A stretch of 7,344 nt of DNA from a virus (taxonomy: Duplodnaviria > Heunggongvirae > Uroviricota > Caudoviricetes), in the IMG/VR virus record IMGVR_UViG_2703718843_000005; one strand, written 5' to 3'. Of this stretch, positions 1 through 7,110 are shown piece by piece. Below the pieces are notes generated by a model, which worked only from the letters and a program-made list of their open reading frames with translations, was not told where the DNA came from and did no database searches. Position 1 is the first letter of the stretch; each line of letters opens with the position of its first letter. The position numbers and the translations under genes were made by a program.

Positions 1-184
1 GATTCCCGGGGCGGTTCAGTTCTTTATTAGTGGAAGAATCCGGACCGTACTTCTTTATCCAGGCATAAAGGCTGTGGGTGGTGATATCGAGACGTGTTGC
101 AACGCTGGCAACAGAATAACCGCGATCAACAACCTGTTTGACTGCTTCAGTTTTAAACTCTTCGGGATAACGCTTACCGCTCAT
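1..184 (-). CDS. IS3-family transposase OrfA, N-terminal fragment (helix-turn-helix region); partial and possibly interrupted after codon 55
   Basis: Minus-strand ATG at 184-182 translates to MSGKRYPEEFKTEAVKQVVDRGYSVASVATRLDITTHSLYAWIKKYGPDSSTNKE..., which I recognise as an IS3-family OrfA N-terminus. No stop inside the window, so it is absent from the ORF track. Confidence 0.6.
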   Translation of the reverse strand, partial: MSGKRYPEEFKTEAVKQVVDRGYSVASVATRLDITTHSLYAWIKKYGPDSSTNKELNRPGN

Positions 185-247
185 GGGCACCTCTCTTTAA
201 GCCATCTTAAATGACTCTGAGGTGTCTGTTAAACCCGTGGCGATTCA
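1..247 (-). mobile_element. IS3-family insertion sequence terminal portion (partial, runs off the left edge); element end at nt 247, with a second IS3-type terminus-like sequence at nt 1-18
   Basis: Read on the - strand from 247: TGAATCGCCACGGGTTTAAC..., a TG-initiated IS3-type terminal repeat, followed 64 nt later by an orfA-like start. Reverse complement of nt 1-18 is TGAACCGCCCCGGGAATC, resembling the canonical IS3-family terminus as I recall it. Confidence 0.6.
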
Positions 248-577
248 GTTTAAATCTGCATTCAGTCTGTCATTGGTATTTGCTTTCGCCGCTACGTTGC
301 AGAAAAGCTGACTGGGGTAGATGAAGTAGCCTTTAGTTTTGATGGCATCGTCTTTAATGTCATCAGTAATTACGCTGTCATCCAGTTTCGCATAACAGAT
401 ACTGTCATCACCGGCTTCAATATAGCTGGAAAAATTTTCGCTGATAAAACGGTAGAAAAGTGCGCCCAGAACGTATTGCTTAAAATCCCATCCATCGACC
501 GAACCCCTGACATCGTTAGCAATTTGCCAGATTTGACGATGAAGCTCTGCACGTTGTTGAATACTTGTCATTTTCAT
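245..577 (-). pseudogene. hsdM: Type I restriction-modification methyltransferase HsdM (EcoR124-like, type IC), N-terminal 110 codons only, truncated by the IS insertion
   Basis: Translation MKMTSIQQRAELHRQIWQIANDVRGSVDGWDFKQYVLGALFYRFISENF... matches my recollection of the EcoR124-family HsdM N-terminus. Full HsdM is over 500 aa; here the stop (TGA, nt 247-245 on the - strand) is supplied by the first three bases of the IS terminus. The SAM-binding and catalytic motifs are absent. Confidence 0.75.
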
Positions 578-716
578 CCACTTATTTCAGGCTTATGTAA
601 TTGGATGTGATTCTACAGCAACTTGGATGCTTTAGCAGTTCGGACATTAGGCTACGAATGACCTGCCTAGAGGTTTGTTAAGCCGCAAAGTGCTGGTGCT
701 TTATGCCTGTGAAGTT

Positions 717-747
717 TATAATTGTGTACACATAACGAGTACACGAG
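717..747 (+). promoter_or_regulatory. phd-doc promoter -10 element and Phd/Doc autoregulatory operator (two palindromic sites)
   Basis: TATAAT at 717-722, immediately followed by the perfect palindrome GTGTACAC (724-731) and a second GTAC-centred imperfect palindrome CGAGTACACG (736-745), directly upstream of the phd RBS (GAGG) and ATG at 754. Two adjacent palindromes is the known architecture of the P1 phd operator. Confidence 0.6.
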
Positions 748-753
748 GTGTTT

Positions 754-975
754 ATGCAATCCATTAACTTCCGTACCGCGCGCGGCAACCTTTCTGAAGT
801 GCTCAACAATGTTGAAGCCGGGGAAGAGGTTGAAATCACCCGCAGAGGCCGTGAGCCAGCAGTAATTGTCAGCAAGGCTACTTTCGAAGCCTACAAAAAA
901 GCGGCGCTGGATGCTGAATTTGCATCCCTGTTTGACACCCTGGACTCCACCAACAAGGAACTGGTTAACCGATAA
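754..975 (+). CDS. phd: Phd antitoxin (prevent-host-death), 73 aa
   Basis: [73 protein letters not shown] matches P1 Phd as I recall it. ATG at 754 is preferred over the ORF-track GTG at 748 because GAGG sits at correct spacing. Stop overlaps the doc start (TAATG). Confidence 0.93.
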
Positions 976-1355
976 TGAGGCATATATCACCGGAAGAACT
1001 TATTGCGCTTCATGATGCGAATATAAGCCGCTACGGCGGCCTGCCGGGAATGTCAGATCCGGGCAGGGCAGAGGCCATTATCGGGAGAGTCCAGGCCAGA
1101 GTTGTGTACGAAGAGATCACCGACCTTTTCGAAGTCTCCGCCACCTACCTGGTGGCTACTGCGAGAGGGCATATATTCAATGATGCCAATAAGCGTACCG
1201 CGCTAAACAGTGCGCTGTTATTTCTACGCCGTAACGGGGTGCAGGTATTTGATTCACCTGAACTGGCAGACCTTACTGTAGGCGCTGCGACCGGAGAGAT
1301 ATCTGTATCTTCTGTCGCCGACACGTTACGTAGATTGTATGGTTCCGCGGAGTAG
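975..1355 (+). CDS. doc: Doc toxin (death-on-curing; Fic-fold kinase that phosphorylates EF-Tu), 126 aa
   Basis: 126-aa product with the Fic-type motif HIFNDANKR (encoded about nt 1170-1200), located immediately downstream of phd with a 1-nt start/stop overlap; matches P1 Doc from memory. Confidence 0.93.
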
Positions 1356-1359
1356 ATTA

Positions 1360-1539
1360 ATGGCACGTAAATACAACAAATTGTCCCGTGAAGCGTTAAA
1401 GATGCTTCTTGATGGCGTGAGTCGCCGCGAGGTAAAGCAATACCTGGTTGGTAAGCAAATTGGAGCCAGGACTGCTATTGCTGTGTTATGCCGTCAGGAA
1501 ATGGTTGTGCTTAAACAGAGAATGCCGGGCAGCAGATAA
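1360..1539 (+). CDS. pdcA: PdcA (post-doc protein A), small basic protein of unknown function, about 59 aa
   Basis: Position directly after doc as in P1. The ORF track starts at 1339, overlapping the doc 3-prime end; ATG at 1360 is preferred because GGAG at 1347-1350 gives proper RBS spacing. The start is uncertain. Confidence 0.6.
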   Translation: MARKYNKLSREALKMLLDGVSRREVKQYLVGKQIGARTAIAVLCRQEMVVLKQRMPGSR

Positions 1540-1566
1540 AGCCCAATCAGTGATGAAAGGTGTGAT

Positions 1567-2610
1567 GTGAAAGCCGTAATTACTCCCTTTGTACAAAAAG
1601 AGCTTGGCGTCGCCACATTCAAAGTGGATCAGGAAGTCAGAAAACTGGTGGAGGCTGGCCGTAAATTTATTATGGAGCCGGTGCCGCGTGAGTTAATCGA
1701 GCACATGGACGACGGCCTCGTTGTTTCCGAGCAAACTATGGCAACAAATGAGGCGTTGCAGCCGTTTTTTAACAGCGATGAACTGTTTCGCCGTATTGGT
1801 GGAATTGACGCGCTGGTGGCGTGGTTGCGCAGGAAAGAGGGGCAATGCCAGGCCGCAGATCGTAGCTGGTGTGACAACCATATTGTCCACGCAGAACGAG
1901 ACAATAGCGCGGTGTTGTTGTGCTGGCATCACGATAACCATTACCGGATGCGTGGTTTTAATGAGCTGAAAGAAACGCTGCATAATAATCGCGTTAACTG
2001 GATACTGGATGTCGCCCGTCAGGAAATGGGGCTTTCAGATGGCCATGATTTAAGTATTCAGGAACTGTGCTGGTGGGCTTTCATGCGCGACATGATGCAC
2101 CTGATGCCGGAAGAAGTCTGCCGTATATCAATAAATAAGATTAAGGCTGCAACGCAGGATAGCGGACCTATGAAAGAGGCGGATATTCGCCCGTATGACG
2201 ATCGCGCTACAGCATATGTTCAGATGATGGAAGAACGCGCCGCGCCGATGCGTGCAAAAGTATGCCCTGTGGATGTTGACTCCGACCCTGGCATGGCGCA
2301 TTTCAAAATACCAAAACTGCAATCGCTAAAATTACCCGAGTACATGGACTTTGTTGCTTCCCGTCCGTGCTGTGGATGTGGAGCTGCGGGAGCTGGCGCT
2401 CGCATTACGCCTTATATCGTTCGTCATAGTCGATTATGCGCGCATGACATTTACGCAATTCCTCTGTGCCAGTCATGCCAGCGTGATATTGAGCGTGACC
2501 GCGATAATTGGGAGAAGACGCACGGCAGGCTGGCGATGCATCAACGATTGTTCTTTGATTACGCGCTTGGAGTCGGCGTTATCACAAGTCACTCGTCGAG
2601 CGTTAGATAA
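1567..2610 (+). CDS. pdcB: PdcB (post-doc protein B), 347 aa, function unknown; contains two Cys/His-rich clusters
   Basis: GTG start at 1567 with AAAGG RBS upstream. Long uninterrupted ORF in the P1 pdcB position. Cys/His clusters are encoded at about nt 1846-1941 and 2368-2478. Confidence 0.7.
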   Translation: MKAVITPFVQKELGVATFKVDQEVRKLVEAGRKFIMEPVPRELIEHMDDGLVVSEQTMATNEALQPFFNSDELFRRIGGIDALVAWLRRKEGQCQAADRSWCDNHIVHAERDNSAVLLCWHHDNHYRMRGFNELKETLHNNRVNWILDVARQEMGLSDGHDLSIQELCWWAFMRDMMHLMPEEVCRISINKIKAATQDSGPMKEADIRPYDDRATAYVQMMEERAAPMRAKVCPVDVDSDPGMAHFKIPKLQSLKLPEYMDFVASRPCCGCGAAGAGARITPYIVRHSRLCAHDIYAIPLCQSCQRDIERDRDNWEKTHGRLAMHQRLFFDYALGVGVITSHSSSVR

Positions 2611-2611
2611 A

Positions 2612-2628
2612 GTTGCTCTAATGTATTG
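2612..2628 (+). promoter_or_regulatory. C1 repressor operator-like site upstream of lpa
   Basis: GTTGCTCTAATGTATTG matches the asymmetric P1 C1 operator consensus ATTGCTCTAATAAATTT at 13 of 17 positions, with a perfect 10-bp core TTGCTCTAAT. Lpa expression is known to be C1-repressed in P1. Confidence 0.6.
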
Positions 2629-2656
2629 CTATTTCTTTAATCGATGGTATTATATT
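2627..2656 (+). promoter_or_regulatory. Candidate sigma70 promoter for lpa overlapping the C1 operator
   Basis: TTGCTA (2627-2632) and a TATTAT/TATATT-rich -10 region (2648-2656), about 45 bp upstream of the lpa start; the spacer length is approximate. Confidence 0.4.
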
Positions 2657-2698
2657 CGTCGTTGATTAGTTGACATGGGCTAATCAGTAGGTGACAGG

Positions 2699-3151
2699 AT
2701 GTTACTTAACTGGCAGGGACGCCACTTCATGGAAATAAATCACTCACGAATTACATCGTATGAGATTGCGGATTACATGATCCGCACTAAATCTCTTCTA
2801 TCAGCGAAAGAACTCGCAGCAATCCTTGAAAAGGAATACCCGCATCTGGATGTCGATAAGCGCGATGTTTATCTGCGCTTAAAGGCTATCGCTGTGTCTA
2901 AGTATTCGTCTGTTTTGATTGATGACAGTACACGCCCACGTAGATTTCAGATCCACTCTCTGAATCCTGAATTCTTTCGCCGTAGCCGCGCTCCGCGCCG
3001 GTTTGATGAAAAACTCCAGAACGAACTCTATATGACGCAGGACGAAAAGGAACGCCGGGAGCACCAGCCTTGGGTAATGGCGCGTCAACTTTTCAATAAG
3101 GTGGCCCGTCAGCACCGTCATTACGGTAATGCCACATCCGCACGTATCTGA
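2699..3151 (+). CDS. lpa: Lpa, late promoter activator (P1 gene 10 product), 150 aa
   Basis: 150-aa ORF in the canonical position between pdcB and pacA; AGGTGA RBS 7 nt upstream of ATG 2699; preceded by a C1 operator-like site. Confidence 0.85.
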   Translation: MLLNWQGRHFMEINHSRITSYEIADYMIRTKSLLSAKELAAILEKEYPHLDVDKRDVYLRLKAIAVSKYSSVLIDDSTRPRRFQIHSLNPEFFRRSRAPRRFDEKLQNELYMTQDEKERREHQPWVMARQLFNKVARQHRHYGNATSARI

Positions 3152-3161
3152 TTGATTGCTT

Positions 3162-3179
3162 GCCCGTTCCGGGCCTTTT
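3162..3179 (+). terminator. Possible weak intrinsic terminator after lpa
   Basis: GCCCG-TTC-CGGGC hairpin (5-bp GC stem, 3-nt loop) followed by CTTTT, 11 nt after the lpa stop. Confidence 0.35.
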
Positions 3180-3185
3180 GACATG

Positions 3186-3220
3186 TGACTTTCGTTACCC
3201 TCGCGTCAAAAAGAGTTTTT
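3186..3220 (+). promoter_or_regulatory. Candidate Lpa-dependent late promoter for pacA-pacB
   Basis: TTGACATGTGAC (contains the palindrome ACATGT) followed by a TANNNT-type element TACCCT (3205-3210) and the inverted pair TTTTGAC...GTCAAAA (3187-3193 / 3214-3220), 17-50 bp upstream of the pacA start. P1 late promoters are known to pair a -10 element with an upstream inverted repeat in place of a -35; I cannot recall the exact consensus. Confidence 0.35.
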
Positions 3221-3236
3221 ACGAAAGGAAGCATAA

Positions 3237-4430
3237 GTGACCTGGGACGATCACAAGAAGAATTTTGCTCGCCTGGCGCGAGATGGTGGTTACACCATCG
3301 CACAGTATGCCGCCGAGTTTAATCTTAACCCTAATACCGCACGTCGTTATCTCCGTGCCTTCAAAGAAGACACCAGGACAGCGGACAGCCGCAAGCCAAA
3401 TAAGCCTGTCAGGAAACCACTAAAAAGCATGATCATTGATCACGCTAATGATCAACGTGCAGGTGATCACATTGCGGCTGAAATAGCGGAAAAACAAAGA
3501 GTTAATGCCGTTGTCAGTGCCGCAGTCGAGAATGCGAAGCGCCAAAATAAGCGCATAAATGATCGTTCAGATGATCATGACGTGATCACCCGCGCCCACC
3601 TGACCTTACGTGATCGCCTGGAACGCGACACCCTGGATGATGATGGTGAACGCTTTGAATTCGAAGCTGGCGATTACCTGATAGATAACGTTGAAGCGCG
3701 GAAGGCCGCGCGCGCTATGTTGCGTCGGTCCGGGGCCGATGTTCTGGAAACCACTCTTCTGGAAAAGTCTCTTTCTCATCTCCTTATGCTGGAGAACGCC
3801 AGGGATACGTGTATTCGCTTGGTGCAGGAAATGCGCGATCAGCAAAAAGACGATGATGAAGGTACTCCGCCTGAATACCGTATCGCGAGCATGCTAAACA
3901 GCTGTTCCGCGCAGATAAGCAGCCTGATCAACACCATTTACAGCATCCGGAATAACTATCGAAAAGAAAGCCGGGAGGCGGAAAAGCACGCTTTATCTAT
4001 GGGGCAAGCTGGCATTGTTAAGCTGGCATACGAACGAAAGCGTGAAAATAACTGGTCAGTGCTGGAAGCGGCTGAATTCATCGAGGCGCATGGAGGAAAA
4101 GTGCCGCCCCTGATGCTGGAGCAAATCAAAGCCGATCTGCGTGCTCCTAAGACCAATACCGATGATGAGGAAAACCAAACAGCATCTGGCGCTCCATCAC
4201 TTGAAGATCTGGATAAAATCGCGCGAGAACGGGCCGCCAGCCGCCGCGCTGATGCGGCATTGTGGATTGAGCATCGTAGAGAAGAAATTGCCGATATCGT
4301 CGATACAGGTGGTTATGGTGATGTCGATGCGGAAGGCATATCAAACGAAGCATGGCTTGAACAGGATCTGGACGAAGACGAGGAGGAAGACGAAGAAGTT
4401 ACCCGCAAACTGTACGGGGATGATGATTAA
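3237..4430 (+). CDS. pacA: PacA, terminase small (pac-recognition) subunit, 397 aa
   Basis: GTG start with AAAGGA RBS; 397 aa; contains the hexamer-repeat pac site internally; strongly acidic C-terminal tail ([11 protein letters not shown]); stop overlaps the pacB start (TAATG). Confidence 0.9.
3430..3588 (+). other. pac site: phage P1-type packaging cleavage site with Dam-methylatable hexamer repeats
   Basis: Four TGATCA hexamers at 3430-3435, 3437-3442, 3449-3454 and 3464-3469, then three TGATC(G/A) hexamers at 3560-3565, 3572-3577 and 3583-3588 (a further TGATCG at 3611-3616). Each contains GATC. This is the known 4 + 3 arrangement of P1 pac inside pacA. Confidence 0.85.
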
Positions 4431-5914
4431 TGGCCAGAAGTTGCGTAACGGACCCACGTTGGCGCGAGCTGGTGGCGCTATATCGTTATGACTGGATTGC
4501 GGCCGCTGATGTGTTGTTTGGGAAGACACCAACCTGGCAGCAGGATGAGATCATTGAGTCCACGCAGCAGGACGGCAGTTGGACAAGTGTGACCTCCGGC
4601 CATGGTACTGGTAAATCGGATATGACGAGTATCATTGCAATACTCTTCATCATGTTTTTCCCCGGCGCTCGCGTCATTCTGGTCGCTAACAAAAGACAGC
4701 AAGTCCTTGATGGTATTTTCAAATACATAAAGAGCAATTGGGCTACTGCTGTTAGCAGATTCCCGTGGTTGTCGAAGTATTTCATTCTTACAGAAACGTC
4801 TTTTTTTGAGGTGACTGGCAAGGGTGTTTGGACAATATTGATAAAGTCCTGTCGCCCCGGAAATGAGGAGGCGTTGGCTGGTGAACACGCCGATCATCTC
4901 TTGTATATCATCGACGAAGCGTCGGGTGTGAGTGATAAAGCATTCAGTGTGATAACAGGTGCGCTGACCGGTAAGGATAACCGTATTCTGCTTCTTTCCC
5001 AGCCTACGCGACCTTCAGGCTATTTCTACGATTCACACCACAGACTAGCTATTCGCCCGGGAAATCCTGATGGATTGTTTACTGCGATAATACTGAATAG
5101 TGAAGAATCTCCGCTTGTAGATGCAAAATTTATACGAGCAAAACTTGCGGAGTATGGCGGTCGTGATAACCCCATGTACATGATCAAAGTACGTGGTGAA
5201 TTTCCCAAATCTCAAGATGGCTTTCTTCTTGGTCGTGATGAGGTTGAGCGGGCGACGCGGCGAAAGGTCAAGATTGCCAAAGGATGGGGCTGGGTTGCAT
5301 GTGTTGACGTTGCTGGTGGCACAGGACGAGATAAGTCCGTTATTAATATCATGATGGTGTCCGGCCAGCGAAATAAACGCCGTGTAATCAACTATCGTAT
5401 GCTGGAATACACAGACGTTACAGAAACGCAGTTAGCCGCCAAGATTTTCGCAGAATGTAACCCAGAACGGTTCCCGAACATAACCATAGCTATTGATGGC
5501 GATGGCTTGGGGAAATCGACGGCTGATCTAATGTACGAACGCTATGGCATTACCGTCCAGCGTATCCGCTGGGGTAAAAAGATGCACAGCCGTGAAGATA
5601 AAAGCCTTTATTTCGATATGCGCGCTTTCGCGAATATTCAGGCGGCAGAAGCTGTAAAATCAGGGCGTATGAGGCTTGATAAGGGGGCTGCGACTATAGA
5701 GGAAGCATCAAAGATACCGGTAGGGATAAATTCCGCAGGTCAATGGAAGGTGATGTCAAAGGAAGATATGAAGAAAAAACTCAACCTGCACTCACCGGAC
5801 CATTGGGATACATATTGTTTCGCTATGTTGGCGAACTATGTTCCCCAAGATGAAGTGCTTAGCGTCGAAGACGAAGCGCAGGTTGATGAAGCTCTGGCAT
5901 GGCTTAATGAATAA
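4430..5914 (+). CDS. pacB: PacB, terminase large subunit (ATPase/nuclease), 494 aa
   Basis: 494-aa ORF with Walker A-like SGHGTGKS (about nt 4592-4615) and Walker B-like [10 protein letters not shown]; translationally coupled to pacA. Confidence 0.9.
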
Positions 5915-5938
5915 CTCATTAACCATGCCGGATGGAAA

Positions 5939-6790
5939 CTATTGCGCGCTTTCGGGGTTGTCGTTTACTGGCTGCCCCTTCTTAGTTTTGCGCCTGCGCG
6001 TAACTGATGCGGCTGATTTGACCTTTTTCTCTTCGCGAGTGATGGCAATTTGTTTTTTTACATTTTCAATATCTGCCAGGCGATATATTTTTGCCTGCGG
6101 CCAGCGGTCGCAGATGATCGGTTCTATAGAGTCATAAAGGCTAAATTTTGCTTTCTCAAATTCACCGTTGATGATGATTCCATCTCGGAGAGTTTCATCG
6201 CAGATAAACACGCCACATAGCGGCACATGGTAACTAACTGATTTGCCATCATTGTAGTTAGGGCTACTGGAAATGTAATGGACGCGCAGCATTGTTTCGC
6301 TAAAGCCGTGTACGCGCATACGGAATTTTTCATCCTCCGGGTACTGCTTCATTAGCTCTTTTGTTGCTTCCAGGTTCTCTATGTATTTCGCACTGTGCTC
6401 ATTGATCCCCGCGCTTTTTTGGATGCGAATGTCCTTATCAATCAGATGAATAATGCGGCCAGCGGTCATGTTGACGCTGTTCACAGCTTCTGTCTGATAA
6501 GTTGTAACCTTGCGCACACCGCGAAGGATGTTAGGCACTGGATATAAAATAGTCTTTGGGATATTGAGGTCTGGGTACTGTTCCAGTTCCCGCGCCATTA
6601 AAGTCCATTTATCAATTTCAGCCTGAATGCTGTCAGTTTCTTTGAACGGTAGAACGACAACCGGGCGTACAGGACGACCGTCGCTGGCTGTATCAACGTG
6701 TTGGGCGCGTGCAACAGCTTTTTTTAGAAAGAGATCCCTGAAGCTGACGAACTCCTGGTACAGTTGTTCGCCGTAGACATAATTTATCAT
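5939..6790 (-). CDS. c1: C1 repressor of lysogeny (P1 immC), 283 aa
   Basis: 283-aa product beginning MINYVYGEQLYQEFVSFRDLF..., matching P1 C1 from memory; strong RBS GGAGGAGG upstream on the - strand; convergent with pacB across a 24-bp gap. Confidence 0.9.
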   Translation of the reverse strand: MINYVYGEQLYQEFVSFRDLFLKKAVARAQHVDTASDGRPVRPVVVLPFKETDSIQAEIDKWTLMARELEQYPDLNIPKTILYPVPNILRGVRKVTTYQTEAVNSVNMTAGRIIHLIDKDIRIQKSAGINEHSAKYIENLEATKELMKQYPEDEKFRMRVHGFSETMLRVHYISSSPNYNDGKSVSYHVPLCGVFICDETLRDGIIINGEFEKAKFSLYDSIEPIICDRWPQAKIYRLADIENVKKQIAITREEKKVKSAASVTRRRKTKKGQPVNDNPESAQ

Positions 6791-6884
6791 TGATCCTCCT
6801 CCAGAATTGACATGGTCAATAACGCCCGGCTGAGAAAACCGGTCATTACTGACCTATATTATAGAGGGATCAAACAAAAATAAT

Positions 6885-6901
6885 AGATTTATTAGTGCAT
6901 T
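6885..6901 (-). promoter_or_regulatory. C1 operator-like site between coi and c1 (autoregulatory Op99-type region)
   Basis: Minus-strand AATGCACTAATAAATCT matches ATTGCTCTAATAAATTT at 14 of 17 positions. P1 c1 is known to be preceded by a cluster of C1 operators. Confidence 0.5.
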
Positions 6902-7110
6902 TATTGTGAGTCTAACTGGTTAGTTGCCATGAGATATTCGATTGTGTCAGTGAGGTCATCCAGGTCGTCTTGGGTGATGCGGTACTCCTGATTGGATATC
7001 TTTGAGTAGTGTTCAGCAATGGCGCGGGCTGCGTCGGTTTCGGCAGGGTCTACAGATAAAGCGTTAGAGCAATGTCTAACGTCGTCGATGGTTGGTTGAA
7101 TGAAAGCCAT
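6901..7110 (-). CDS. coi: Coi, C1 inactivator protein, 69 aa
   Basis: 69-aa ORF MAFIQPTIDDVRHCSNALSVDPAETDAARAIAEHYSKISNQEYRITQDDLDDLTDTIEYLMATNQLDSQ immediately upstream of c1 on the same strand, with GAGG RBS; matches P1 Coi from memory. Confidence 0.85.
   Translation of the reverse strand: MAFIQPTIDDVRHCSNALSVDPAETDAARAIAEHYSKISNQEYRITQDDLDDLTDTIEYLMATNQLDSQ
7057..7073 (-). promoter_or_regulatory. C1 operator-like sequence inside the 5-prime part of coi (candidate only)
   Basis: Minus-strand ATTGCTCTAACGCTTTA: perfect 10-bp core ATTGCTCTAA, 12 of 17 matches to consensus overall; lies within coi codons 13-18. Confidence 0.3.

Noticed and set aside
748-975. GTG at 748 as the phd start (ORF-track call, 75 aa)
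   Set aside because: ATG at 754 gives the 73-aa Phd with a properly spaced GAGG RBS; GTG 748 would overlap the RBS and operator.
667-990. 107-aa and 65-aa minus-strand ORFs overlapping the phd promoter and coding region
   Set aside because: Antisense to a well-supported gene and regulatory region, no RBS, no recognisable product; judged spurious.
1629-2405. Several 60-96 aa ORFs on both strands within pdcB
   Set aside because: All lie inside the longer pdcB frame and lack RBS context; treated as noise.
2351-2665. 104-aa plus-strand ORF overlapping the pdcB 3-prime end and the lpa operator/promoter
   Set aside because: Alternate frame of pdcB running through a regulatory region; no independent support.
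3430-3616. Cluster of TGATC(A/G) repeats considered as a CRISPR array or simple tandem repeat
   Set aside because: The repeats are 6 bp, irregularly spaced, lie inside the pacA coding frame and reproduce the known 4 + 3 P1 pac hexamer arrangement.
4141-4491. 116-aa plus-strand ORF spanning the pacA 3-prime end and the pacB start in another frame
   Set aside because: Out of frame with both terminase genes, with a strongly basic repetitive translation typical of an alternate-frame artefact.
4478-4897. 139-aa and 111-aa minus-strand ORFs inside pacB
   Set aside because: Fully embedded antisense to the terminase large-subunit gene, with low-complexity Ser/Cys-rich translations; likely chance ORFs.
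5915-5938. Possible bidirectional terminator in the 24-bp gap between the convergent pacB and c1 genes
   Set aside because: No convincing GC-rich hairpin or U-tract is visible in this short interval.
6124-6333. 69-aa minus-strand ORF embedded inside c1
   Set aside because: Lies in an alternate frame within the c1 coding region; no support as a separate gene.
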